Below, piece by piece: positions 27,630 through 41,599 of a stretch of DNA of 64,000 nucleotides. How positions within the stretch are numbered: position 1 is the stretch's first letter; every line of letters starts with the position of its first letter. Location of the stretch: NCBI RefSeq assembly GCF_009914755.1, contig NC_060941.1. One strand, 5' to 3'. This stretch comes from the human T2T-CHM13v2.0 reference genome, Homo sapiens. Under the pieces are notes generated by a model. That model worked only from the letters and a program-made list of their open reading frames with translations. It was not told the DNA's origin and did not search any database. The translations under genes and the position numbers were made by a program.

Positions 27630-27775
27630 AAGCACTGTGGTTTAGTAAAAAACATACTCAGACTTTGGAATCAGAGAGGCCTGATTCTCCTGTTTATGAC
27701 ATAAACATATGTGGCCTTGGTAAGTCTCAGTTTTCCCATGTATAACATGAGAGCACCTATATGAGCCTGTTGACA
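27630..27775 (+). mobile_element. MIR fragment
   Basis: cagactttggaatcagag...gtggccttggtaagtctcagttttcccatgtataacatg. Confidence 0.55.
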
Positions 27776-27869
27776 GGGGTTTTTCAGCCAACATAGTCTT
27801 GTACTTTATTCTTTTGACTCCAAAAATGGTAAAGAGAAAGAAGATCTATCTAACATATCATTGGTCCAC

Positions 27870-28410
27870 ATTCTCTCAGAGTGATCATTCTAAATCCAAA
27901 GCTGAAAATGCCATTGTTTTCCTTTGATACCTTTCATAGTTACACATCTTCTTCTGCTAAAGCTCAAATAATTTAAGATAATGAACAAATCTCTCCATCA
28001 TCCAGTACTTGAGTGCCTCTTGAATCATGTCTACAGCCACTCTTTGTTATGTCCTCCGGATAAAAGATGTACTAGCCTGTTTGCAGTTCTTCAGACACAT
28101 CATGAGCCTTCCATGCTTGCATATGTTATGCCTTCTGTTGAAAAAGCTACCCCAATTTAGCAACCAGCAAATGTTGTATCCTCCATAGATTAGTTTAGAA
28201 CTTTTTTGTTAAATTCTGAGCTTTTCTCTTCCCCCATCAAAGCATCCACTCCTCACTCCTATCTATATCACTCCCATTAGCATATACATACTTTCATTTT
28301 AGCATGTATATTGTCATTTATTACATTTATTAATTTAGTATCTGTCTTTTTTCTAGATTCATAATACGTATGTGCTAGCAATATATTTATTGATATGTTC
28401 TTTGTCCCAT
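27870..28410 (+). mobile_element. L2 fragment
   Basis: cagagtgatcattctaaatccaaagctga...cttgcatatgttatgccttctg...ctagattcataa. Confidence 0.45.
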
Positions 28411-28624
28411 GAGACTGTAAGATTTAACAAGTAAGGTTTTATTTCTAGCTTAACTTTAAATTTCCAAAGAGCCTAATTTCTTTTTGAAAAAAGAAAGAAA
28501 CAATCAATCAACCAATCAGTTAATCCATGTAGCAAATAGGTAACATATTGAATATGCTTCTGCTCATCTAGAATAGACAGTGTACCTCCAAATACAATCA
28601 TGAGCCTAAAGAGGGGTGAATGGA

Positions 28625-28981
28625 TACTATGGTTTGGCTGTGTCCCCACCCAAATCTCATCTTGAATTGTAGTTCCCACAATTTCCACGTGTCATGGGAG
28701 AGTCCCAGTGGGAGGTAATTGAATCATGAGAGCAGGTCTTTCCCATGCTTTTGTTGTGATAGTAAATAAGTCTCATGAGATCTGATGGTTTTATAAAGAG
28801 GAGTTCCTCTGCACATGCTTTCTCTCTTGTCTGCCGCCATGTAAGATGTTTCTTGCTCTTCTAACATGCTTATGAGGCCTCCCCAGCCATGTGGAACTGT
28901 GAGCCAATTAAACCTCTTTCCTTTATAAGTTACCCAGTCTTGAGTATGTCTTTATTAGCAGTGTGAGTACAGACTAACACA
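28625..28981 (+). mobile_element. THE1C-like solo LTR (ERVL-MaLR)
   Basis: tatggtttggctgtgtccccacccaaatctc...cagactaacaca; 5-bp TSD ATGGA both sides. Confidence 0.92.
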
Positions 28982-29015
28982 ATGGACAAATATTTCATAG
29001 TGACCCACTGACCAT

Positions 29016-29430
29016 TGATATCATTTGGATCTGTGTCCCCACTCAAATATCATGTTCAGTTGTAATCCTCAATGTTGGAGCTGGGGCCTAATAGTAGGTG
29101 ATTGGATCATGGGGGTGGATTGTTCATGAATGAATGGTTTAGCACCATCCCTTTGGTGCTGTTTTCGTAATAGAGTTCTCATGAGATCTGGTTGCTTTAA
29201 AGTGTGTGGCATCTTTCCCTTCTCTCTGTTCCTCCTGCTCCAGCCATGTAAGATGTGCCTGCTTCCCTTTGCCTTCCACCATGATTGGAAGCTTCCTGAG
29301 ACCTCCCCAGAAACAGAGGCCACTATACTTCCTGTACACCCTGCAGAATTATGACCTAATTAAAACTCTTTTCTTTATAAATTTTTTGGTCCCAGGTATT
29401 TATTTATAGCAATGCAAAAACTGACTAACA
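29016..29430 (+). mobile_element. MSTA solo LTR (ERVL-MaLR)
   Basis: tgatatcatttggatctgtgtccccactcaaat...gactaaca; 5-bp TSD ACCAT both sides. Confidence 0.9.
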
Positions 29431-31409
29431 ACCATCATCTTGAGTTTCCAGACTTGTGCTTGTAAGGATGCCTCTCAGCTGGTGTACATAAAGAGCTATC
29501 AAGAACTCTACCTCAAGAGTCACCTTGCAATAGACAGAAATATTTTTCCTTAATGTCAAAATTATTCTTTACTGCCATCCAATACAATCACCTCACCAGC
29601 AACAACAAAATGTGTTTGCACATCTATGTGTTTTAGGATAGAAGACATAGGAAAAGCACAATTTGAGATGAAGTTGCAGAGTCAGTATTAGAACTATATT
29701 CCAGGAATAGAGTCAGTAAATTCTTTAATGTGCTTCTATACTGAGAATTATTTCTCTTCCTTCTATTGACTGTAATAAAAGAATAATAAGTCTGGAAGCA
29801 CAAGAGCAAGGATACCAACACATATAAGATTAACTGTTGGTACCATTAGAGGCCCCAGCACAGATTAATGCCTGGGTGTTATAACACAATCAGCGGTAGA
29901 GAGGAAGTTTTTCAAATCAAAGCACTCCATTTGTTTTCATAAACACTGATTCACTTTAAAAATTGATCAGAAAACAGATTGGTCATGAATGTCATTTAAG
30001 ATTCAGAGGAAAACACAGTACCAAAAACCAAGCAAAGAGAAGAGCCAATAAACCTTATTACATTTAGATGTCCTTTCTAAATCTTTTCCTCCCTCTCTCC
30101 CTTGCCCCTGGTTCCTTTTTCTCTCTCTCTCCCAACTAGTTATGGTGAGAATTCAGCATTGCCATGATGCCATTCTAAATAAACATTGACATAAGAATGA
30201 GTCTTGTTGCCAATACTCTAATGATCAACACAAGAAACCACCGATTAAATCGGTAGATACACAGGTGTTAATCCCCAGAGCCAAGTCCAACTCTGCATGT
30301 TCACCAACATTGAGATAAGTGTGTTTCTTGAGATATTACTGCTCAAATGAATTTAGCAAGTGCCAATAGAACGTTTTTTTCCATTCTAACAAAACTTTAT
30401 TAACATAGTAGGTCTTGAAAAATTTAATATGCAGGTTTTCTCTATATGAAGGAAATAACAGAAACATTAGATATTGCAATATTTCCTAATTTTCACGTAC
30501 CAATTATTTCATTTTAGATAACTTTTGTAACACTGTATAATATTCATTTTGTCAACATAAGGTGTTGAAGTGTCAAAAGTATTAAGACACAAAAGTTTCT
30601 CAAATATTTCTCCCACATGTAAAGTTTCTGGTTCTGAAATCAAATATATTTCAGAAGTGTGGGGTTTTAATCCTATGCTTTTCTGGCACATATTTTGCTT
30701 CTTGTTTCCAAGTTTACATAAAACGATTATTAGGAACTATAATTCTGAACTATATTGTTCACTTATGAAATGTATTGATTATTCTTGCTTATGCATACTG
30801 AAACATCCATTTAATTGTTCAAAAACTGTGAAAGATATTTTAAAATGTTTATTTCTATTTGAATTATAGAAGCAAAAAATATTTGTCATTAAAAGTTATT
30901 TAAGAAAACTTTTATTTAGGACTCATCCTAATGAAATCCATTTAAAATGGCAGTTATTTAAAAATAGATACCTTAGTTCAGGTAAAAAGATTTTTCTTCT
31001 CATTTCAAAATGCTATAGATGGCAATGAGTCAAAAAGAGTCAAGATAACAAACTGTTCTTTGCGGCATTAGAGAAGAAGAAACTCCCCTTCATGATATTA
31101 AGAAAGTCATTAAGTTAATTAATATTCAGTACATAAAAGGACTGAACAGATTTAAATGCATTTTGTGGCCTCATGATTTTACCAACACTTAGTCAAAAAT
31201 ATGCAACACAGTGAATTTGAAAAGTCCCCCCTTCCTCCTCCTATTTTTTCTTTTTCCTTTTTTTAAATCTCTTTTATTTTTCACAAAAGAATAATGATAA
31301 TTAATAATATTATGAGTATCAGTAATTGAGCCTTTATTTTTTACCGCACACTCTGCTAGGCTTCTCACTGGTATTGATGCTTCTCCTACCAATGCTTCAA
31401 GTCAGGTCA

Positions 31410-31870
31410 CTGTGCTGGATTTCTTTTCTTTTTCCCTCTAGATCTACTACTTTTTTTTTAATTCCCCTCTGGGCATCACCTGGCTGACCCCTAAGGTCTA
31501 CAACATCCCTTGCTCTTTGGGTTCCAGTTGGTCTCACAGTGGGAAGCTCTGTTGAGAGTACAGAGAGCAAGAGGTGAGTGAGAAAATGGCCATTGATTTC
31601 TTCTCTCTCTCTCTCTTTTCTTTGTTCCCTGTGTGGGCTGTGTTCCTCTACTGAGAGCACTAGCTCCCATTAGGTGGGAATCTCCCTACACCCACCTTCT
31701 CCAAGGCAGTGACAATGCTTAACACTTACCCCAAACTCTTTAACAGCTTTATATTCTTTCATTGGTCCTGGGCCTCATTCCTCCTGTCTTCTCTCAGCAT
31801 CTTTGCCTTCCTAAATTCATCCTGTGCTGTGGTTTCTTTCTCCAAACTTCTTTAGTGGATCTTAGTGATA
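31410..31870. mobile_element. LTR33-like ancient ERVL LTR
   Basis: tcccttgctctttgggttccagttgg...gtgggaagctctg...gagagcaagaggtgagtgag resembles the LTR33 core. Confidence 0.45.
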
Positions 31871-32479
31871 CAGACAGTTATCACAAATATCTCCTTTCTT
31901 ATTTTGAAATGTGTAGCATATATCCTGTCTGCCACTTGAAACCAAAGCAACAGCCCTTTTTTTTTTACATTTAACATATTTAATGCAGATTGAAATCTGC
32001 ACAAGGGATCATGTAACCTTCTTCAGCTATCTACTTTTAGATCTCAAAACTTCTGATTTGACACTTACATCCTCATCTCCCCTTCACCATGCACTCTTAG
32101 AGATTAACCTGTGTATTCAGCTAAAAGTGATTAAAGTGATTAAAGTAGGTTCTTGTATTTCACCGCAAGGTTATTGAATAAATTTTGTTTTACATATAAA
32201 TTATATTTTAGGTATTTATTACCAGGATCAAATTTTGTTTTGGGAAAGTTTGATGTCTGTGTTTTAATCTCATGCCAAAAGCAAATAAAATATCGTGGAA
32301 ATTATTTTGATATTACTTTTACTGTTAATTGCAAATGGAAATCAAAGACAATTGGAAAAAAATTTGGCTATAAATATATATTCCTATATCAAGAATTTAA
32401 AATATAAACTTATAAGCCAGCCCTACCATTTTCACCTTCATAAGCTTTTCTTTTTGTCTATTTTTGATCTATTTAATTA

Positions 32480-32734
<255 letters not shown>

Positions 32735-32868
32735 TCAGGTAGAAGAGAGTGTGGTGGAGATAATTTAAATGTAAAAGTTTAGGTGACTTGATTTTGTGAT
32801 GATTAATCCTAGAAGGCTTACTTGGCTTTCTTATAGCCTTTGACTTTTAGAAAAACATATAGTAACAT

Positions 32869-33804
32869 TGATGCAGGATTTTTCTTGGACCCTTTGCCAG
32901 ACTCACAGTAGGGGTGCCCTCTCTACTCGGACCCCGGCACTCAACCCCTTGCAGGAGGGAGCATGTGAGTGAGCTGGTGTGGAATTCAGCAGGCCACTCC
33001 AGCACCTACACAGCAACGAGCTCCATGCAGGGCCTGTGGCCAGCCCAGGTATGTCACCTCAAGGGGAATGTGGTGGCACCTAGCTGACGGTGCCTGCAAC
33101 CCTGAAGCCCCAGAGGGGGTGTTACAGTGTTCCTTTAGTTCCACTGTTTGCAGATGGTGGTGTGTTAGCAGCTTAATTGGCCCCTTGCTTCATTGTGTGG
33201 GGCAGCTCCCCTCTGTTGGCAAGGGCAAAAGGCTGGTGTGACAGCCTTTCTGGGTACCCGCACTCGGTGGGTCCCAAGCTCTTGTCTGGTGTCCAAGAAG
33301 AATGAGGTCACACAGACGGTTGAAGGATGGTGAAGGTGGAAAATTTTATTGAGCAATGAAAATGGCCCTCAGTGGAGAGGGGAGCTGGAGAGGGGATGGG
33401 AAGGGCAGGTCATCTTCCCTGAAGTCAGGTTGTCTCTTCCCTGAACTCAGGTCATCTTCTCCTCTACTGACTGAGTCCAGGGTCTTTATAGGCACAGGAA
33501 GGGGAGTGCATGCTGATTGGTTTGTGAGTATGCAAAAAAGGTTCAAATAAAAAGTATCACTCAAAGGTGGGCACAACAGTGTAGAAAACCAATTAGGAAA
33601 GGGAAGGTATATGTAAAATAGGCGAAGGGTGGGCATCAATCAGGGGAAAACATGCCAAGCAGGAAGACAAGTTCTCAGTCCATTCTGAAGATTTAACTTG
33701 TATTTTGGCTTTCAGGCTTTAAACTATCTTCAGCTTGGTGGTGGGGTTTCACTGGGTACCCACCCCTATCTACCTAGGCATTTGGCTGCCTCCTGTCACT
33801 ATCA
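32869..33804 (-). mobile_element. ERV1 solo LTR, LTR27/LTR28-like, full length
   Basis: Minus strand begins tgatagtgacaggaggcagccaaatgcctagg and ends aaaatcctgcatca; flanks acat/atat (4-bp TSD, 1 mismatch). Confidence 0.8.
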
Positions 33805-34631
33805 ATATCTTATTGATACTAAATATTATTTTCACATGTAGTTCTTAGATAAAATGTATGTAAAATAGTGTGCTTGAACCTGTTGTGTTAGCAACATGCT
33901 AGGAGCAAGTTTAGCCTTACAAGCTTTACAAAAATAAGTTTGTTCGTTGGATTTAATATAGCACAGAACTGTATTTGAAAGCAGTAGTCAGAAAGGAACA
34001 CAACCCAGGGAGAAGTCTGGCTCTTATCACAAAATATGCATTTCTTGAACCAATCCATCATCCAAAAATGGAAAGTAGAGACAATAATAAACAAGAAGGC
34101 TTGATGGCCATTTCCAAGTTCAAGTTTCTATTACTTGATTGCAATTGAGTGGGCATTACTGTTTCTCCAGATTATTAAGCAAGAACAAAATTATTATATT
34201 ATTATTTCTGAATTTTTGAGTGGTGACTGGATAAACAAGAGGCATTAGGAAATAGAGTTGCTTTTCTTTTTTTAATTTACATTTATGCTGGTAGTAGATA
34301 ACATAATTTGTTGGTATATTGTTATTTATTTTAAATAACCATATTCATATTCAGAAAGCATGTGAGGAGTACCTTGTATTGAACATTTATTAAAAGCAGA
34401 ATGTTGTCAAAATTTAGGGGATTTAATTGTACCACCAAATTGTACTCCCAAATAAATATTACAGTACAAAATAAACCCATGGATAATGAAAGTAAATACA
34501 GCTAAAGGGGTAAGAATGAATGGGTAAATTTCATGGAATTTTAGGAATCCATGAATACATAGGCACTTATTAATTGTTATTTGTATAACAAATTCTTAAT
34601 GAAAGTGCTTTAACAACAATATTTTAAAAGA

Positions 34632-35111
34632 CTGCATTTGTTTTACTGTGTACCAAATTACTTCCAGTTTTAGTGGCCTGAAATTACAGTTATTTATTAT
34701 TTCACAGCTTCTATAGATATGGCTTTGTTGGGTATCTCTAGCTCCGAGTCTCTCATAAAGTTGCAATGAGATTGCCAGCCAAGGCTGCAGTCATCTCAAT
34801 GCTTGACCAGAGAAGGATCAACTTGCAAGCTCACTCCCATGGGCCACCACACAGAGCATACAACATGACAGATGGCTTCCTCAGCTAGAGGGTCTTAAGA
34901 GGCAGCAAATGAGAGGAAGTGACAAGACAGAAGCCACAGTCATTTTATAACCTACACTTGGACATGACATCCCATCACTTTTGTAGCATTCTATTCATAT
35001 TCTATTTATTAGAAATGAGTTACCAGGTACAGTGAGGTGAAGTGATTAAACAAGGCACAGATACCAGAAGGCAGAGATCACTGGGGATCATCTTACAGGC
35101 TTCCTGCCAGA
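34632..35111 (-). mobile_element. MLT1F-like MaLR LTR
   Basis: ttagtggcctgaaatt...ggctgcagtcatctca...agaagccacagtc...ataccagaaggcagagatcactggggatcatct. Confidence 0.75.
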
Positions 35112-35855
35112 AAAAGATTAACACAAAATGATGCACTGTGTGAAATTACTATACTAGTCTTGGAACACTAAATTTTGATAATGGAGATTCAATCAAGCAA
35201 CACTTTTAAAGCATTAAATGGCTAATCATAATCATTCTAAACTCAGAATCTTTACATTATTTAGACATTAAAGTCCAGGTTAAAAAAAGAAAACAACAAA
35301 AGGACATTATTGAGCATTATTGAGTTAAATTGCTCACGCCCCCACAGTCACTCTGTGGACCAAGAACTATGGCTGGGCTTATTTTAGGATGGGAACTGAA
35401 GAGTAAGAGTGTAAGTTTTCAGATAAAATAGGACCCTTAAACAATTATGCTCCCACACTGGTTTAACTGGATCTTAACAAGTTTAACTGGATCTTGTGTG
35501 TTAGCGCGTAGGTGTTTATAAGCATAATAGTGCTCCCCAAGGGAAAGGTAAATTTGCCATCACTTCCCTACCAAAATGGCCTGGTACTTTCTTACCTGCC
35601 CTAAAGTCATGCTTCTTTTCAAACTTTGAATTATGGAATGCCAGAGGCCACAAAGCACAACTTATTTCTTTCAAATTGTAAATCTAAACCTCCTAGGAAA
35701 AAAAAATGGGCATTAATTTCATTCGTGAACATATCCCATAATGAGTCTATAACCCAGTTATTTTGTCCTTCCAACTTTATTATGATGTTATTCTATTTTG
35801 TTTTGCACTAATGTCAAGAAGCATTTTATTAAATCAAAGCCAAGATTTCTAGTTT

Positions 35856-35937
35856 TCTTTTAAATTTTTATGGGGTGCATGCCATACTTTGATACAGATA
35901 TACAATGCATACGAATCACACCAGGGTAAGTATGGTA
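35856..35937 (-). mobile_element. Short L1MA 3' terminus with TSD
   Basis: tttatggggtgcatg...gatacagatatacaatgc...cagggtaagtatggta; flanks atttctagtt / aattctagtt. Confidence 0.6.
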
Positions 35938-36519
35938 AGGAATTCTAGTTGTAATATTAAGCCCAAATTATTTCTGCCTCAATAAGAGTGACAATTAGAT
36001 AATTTCTCATTTTTTTCAAAAAACTGAAAATCCTATAGACATGTCTTTCCTTTTTGAAAAGAAAAAAATAGGGGTAGTCATCTTATATTGATTATATTGT
36101 AATATTCTGATTTGTTTTTCAGAGCAATAAGGTTATATTTGATGAAGAGTTTTCACTGTTTTTTTTTAAAAGAAATGGTGGATGCTTTTGTGACTTAATT
36201 ATTTTTCAGATGTTCATGTTCCATTTAGCTAAGACATAACATGATCATGCTCAGAACTCCTGCTGTTTTGGCAGGAAGTGGAATAAAAAACAAAGTTTTA
36301 CTAACTTAAAACAGTTTCTCTTGGCCTTTCTGTTGACTTATTTTATTTCTTGAATTATTTTATTTTGTTGACATCTTGAAAAGGAGTGATTCTGAATTAA
36401 CTGAATTTAAAAAGATATATTCATTCATTTTTACCTTGTGAAACCTTCCCTGTATGGATGAAAGGTAGAAGAGAAGACAAAAAAATAGTACATTCAGAGA
36501 CTGACTAGTTATCTTATGT

Positions 36520-36850
36520 GAAACGTAAAATCAAATCTTGTTAAACACCTTGCTTGGTCTTCCAATGGCCTTCCTTTACATTTAGAATTAAATTCAGTGC
36601 CTTCATCATCCATCCGGTTCTATGTGTCCTAATCTATGTCTTCTGTTCCAACATTGTGCTTTGCTATTGTGGCTCAAGCCACTCAGGTCTGTGTTTTTTT
36701 TTCTTCCAACCCATGAATCTCATTCTACCGCTTAGGACTTTTATGCTCACTGCTCCCCTGTCTAGAAAACTATGACTCATTCTTTCTCCTCATTCAGTCT
36801 CTAATTAGAACAGCTTTCCACTGTGACCTAATCTATGGTCTAAATCTCCA
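36520..36850 (+). mobile_element. L2 fragment
   Basis: cttccaatggccttcc...aggacttttatgctcactgctcccctgtctagaaaac...tcattcagtctc. Confidence 0.5.
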
Positions 36851-36859
36851 CTAACCACA

Positions 36860-37033
36860 GTAGCTGGGATTACAGATGTGCACCACCATACCTGGCTAAT
36901 TTTTGTACTTTTAGTACAGACAGGGTTTCACCATATCAACCAGGTTGGTCTTGAACTCCTGGCCTCATGTGATCTGCCTGCCTTGACCTCCCAAAGTGCT
37001 GGTATTATAGGTGTGAGCCACCATGCCAGGACC
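36860..37033 (-). mobile_element. Alu partial (left arm plus linker; 3' part and tail missing)
   Basis: gtagctgggattacag...gtgagccaccatgccaggacc. Confidence 0.88.
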
Positions 37034-37282
37034 AAGCTATGTTTTCTTGACCTTCTTTCTTTTCCCTTCCATGCCCATATGGAAAGTAAACAAATAATCC
37101 ACTGCTTCAATATGGTTTTGCTTTGTTTCTATTGAATTACACTCTGTTGTTTTTATAGAACATATCACTATTTGGAAATTAATGTTTGCTTGGGTTTGTG
37201 TAGTTATTTTTCAGTTTATCATGTGCCTCTCTTGCTGGAATGTAAGCTACAATCATATAGGGATCTTGAAAACCTGTACTTT

Positions 37283-37687
37283 AAAAAAATAATTTCAACT
37301 TTTATTTTAGATTCGGTGGATACTGGTGCACGTTTGTTACATGAGCATATGGTACTGGAGGTCCTAGCCAGAGCAATCAGGCAAGAGAAAGAAATAAAAG
37401 TCATCCAAGCAGAAAGAGAAGTTGAACTGTCTCTCTGCTTGTAACAGAAAACCCGAAAGACTCTGCCAAAAGGCTCTTAGAACCGATAAATGCCTTCTAA
37501 AGTTTCAGGATACAAAATCAATGTTAAAAAATCGGTAGCATTTCTATACATCAATAATGTTTAAGCTGAGAGTCCAATCAATAACACAATCCCATTTACA
37601 TAAGTCACAAAAATAACAAAATACCTAGGAATACAGCTATCCAAGGAGGTGAAAGGTCATTACAGGGAAAACTACAAAACACTGCTG
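37283..37687. mobile_element. L1PB-like insertion with 5' inversion (twin priming)
   Basis: About 60 bp antisense L1 3' end (atttcaacttttattttagattc...tttgttacatg) joined to sense ORF2 (gtactggaggtcctagccagagcaatcaggcaagag...actacaaaacactgctg); TSD ctgtacttt at 37274 and 37685. Confidence 0.8.
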
Positions 37688-38117
37688 TACTTTTAAAGCA
37701 AGCAGTAAGCAAGGCTGCACTTTGGAGGTGTGAGGTGTGGAGAGATAGTGCCTCATCTCTCAAGGTTGTTCACTGCAAGTACAATCCTGAGAATGGCCAT
37801 GGCCCAAAAACACAAAGAAGCAGGAGATATTGATGGCATGTCTCCAAACACTGTGTTAACTCCCTTCGCTGAGGAAGAAGAGAAAATGTTTCTGTTGAAA
37901 AATGTCTTTTTCTACTTCCTATGTAATGCCTCTAATCCAATAATTAACATAATTTTATAAATTATATTTTTTGTGTTTCAAGATTATAGACTTCGGTTTA
38001 AGAATCTGGTTTTTCATAGCTCTTTTTGTGAGAAAAATACACACACACACACATCTCCACATTACAATGTGTGTGTGTATGTGTGTGTAAACATTTATTT
38101 GGTAGCTTAGGCATAAA

Positions 38118-38687
<570 letters not shown>

Positions 38688-38830
38688 CTGCAGTTTGAAA
38701 TATAGCTAAATTTTTAGAAGGATTTTAATATAAAATTCTAAAGCAGAACTATAATGCAGGAGACTGCTCATGTCCTGATAGAATCATTTTCAGGTTATAT
38801 AATCTGTTCAAAATACTTGTTTTCCAATAA

Positions 38831-39222
<392 letters not shown>

Positions 39223-39399
39223 TTTATTTTTAATAAATATTATCCTCTGCTATTATCAAATATTTGGGTGAGCACTCTAAAAGTATAAATTGTTAAATGA
39301 AACAGAGTATTTGATATTACTTTTTCCATATTACTAGAACTTATAAAAAGAGGTTAGAAATTTTTTTGTGTGTATCCTTATATTACTTTCTAATTTTCT

Positions 39400-39708
39400 T
39401 TTCTTTTTTTTTTTTTCTTTTGAGATGGAGTTTCTTTCCCTCCTGTCACCCAGGCTGGAGGGCAGTGGCGTGATCTCCTGGCTTACTGCAACCTCCAACT
39501 CCTGGGTCTATGCGAGTCTCCTGCCTCAGCCTCCCAAGTAGCTGGGATTATAGGCATGCGCCACCACGCCTGGCTAATTTTTGTATTTTTAGTAGAGTTG
39601 GGGTTTCACCATGTTGGCCAGGATGGTCTCAATTTCTTCACCTCATGATCCGCCTGCCTCGGCCTCCCAAAGTGCTGGGATTATAGGCGTGAGCCACTGC
39701 GCACGGCC
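39400..39708 (-). mobile_element. Alu (AluSc-like)
   Basis: ccaggatggtctc...cctcatgatcc; 15-bp TSD actttctaattttct. Confidence 0.94.
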
Positions 39709-39769
39709 CACTTTCTAATTTTCTCTTGGCATATCATAGTTGTATAATCACATTATACAGCACATAATA

Positions 39770-39985
39770 TCTAGAGCCTGTCATAGTTTCAAATTTCAAA
39801 CATTGCCATATATTAGTTCTGTCACCTTGGTCAATTTATATAATTATGCCTCCATTTTTTCATCTATAAAATGTAGGTTTCTTATGTGTTATTGCAAGAA
39901 ATAAACAAATGAATATATGTAGAATGTTTAGAACAGTGCCAGGCACAAAAATAAGAAACGTATAAATGTTAGCTAGTATTATTAT
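39770..39985 (+). mobile_element. MIR
   Basis: ctgtcaccttggtcaattt...gcctccatttttcatctataaaatg...ttagaacagtgccaggcaca...taaatgttagcta. Confidence 0.75.
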
Positions 39986-39987
39986 AG

Positions 39988-40318
<331 letters not shown>

Positions 40319-41599
40319 TAAAGTCCACTTTTCATGTTCTCACTTGAATCTCCTTAAGTTTCTGATACAGAGTTCACACAGTAGGTCGAGAGCAAAGGCT
40401 GTTGGATATTTTACAAAAGAACACTAAATAATCCATTTTAAAAGATGTTTACCAGTTGGGTCTTACCAGATCTCCATGGAGTGCATAAATGTTATTTGAA
40501 AAGCTAGAAGGCTCTTCCAAAATTTGAGCAATATACTCTACCCAAGGACAAAATGAAAAATTATTAAACAGGTATTTGATAGCTAAATTGGGATAAAGTC
40601 TTTATAAGAACAGTAAGAGGTTTGCATCTAATTATGCTCATTTAAAAATCCATTACTTAACCATTAATTAGACAAAAAGAGAAGAAAGAGTATGACTTCA
40701 TTTTTATCTAATTAATAGGAATTTTGGAATGCGCAGTTCCAGAAAAGCTTATCTCCTAGAGTGTTATAGTCATCACTTTAAAATTAATTATTTTTAAGTC
40801 AAAGTGATGAGAAGTGCACTACAAAAAATTCAATGTTTGTTTTGACTAAAGAAAATATTATGAATATAATAATATAATATTAAAAACAAACCAAATACAC
40901 TAGCATTTTAGAATGAGTGAACTTTCATTATTTCCCAGTGTATATAATGGCAAACTTGCACAGTCACTTGATTTTATAGAAAAAAAAGAATATAAAGAGT
41001 TCTGCTAATTTCATGTGCCATCGCTTATTTTATCTGCATTAATTTAAAGATATAGTCTGCCTGTGCCCAATAAAAACATCTGTATTGCAAAATTTAATAA
41101 TTTATATTCATATATTCGTATAGTTGTACTTGTCTTTGATGAATATTATCACTGAAAAAAATTGTTGAGTGATCTGTTTCTTTCCCTTTTCTTTTTGTTT
41201 TCTCTTTCTCACACACAAACACAGAACACTCAATCACATGTTTACAAAAAATGAATCAGTCTTTTCTAATATTTTCCCTTATCTATTTAATCCTTTGTTT
41301 AAAAAATGGCTATAAATTTCATGTATTTAAAAGTAAACAGACTTCCATTTTACATATTCAGCCTGCATTTATTGAAAAGGGAACAAAGAAAGAAAGGTAT
41401 CACGTAGTTGCATGCTGTCAGGTAACATTTTTATAATAATTCATGTGATTCCTTTTGTACATATCTATTCTTGAGTTGATTGTATTCAGGCGAACCTGAG
41501 TCACTTCTGTTAATGTCACAATGAGGGCTGAGTCCATTAATTCTACTTCACTACACACTGAGTCTGTGATAGGGATACAACTCCTCTTTCTAGCTCATC

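Noticed and set aside
35461-35495. 15-bp direct repeat gtttaactggatctt, and similar short duplications near 32125, 35305, 55010 and 55951
   Set aside because: Ordinary slippage micro-duplications
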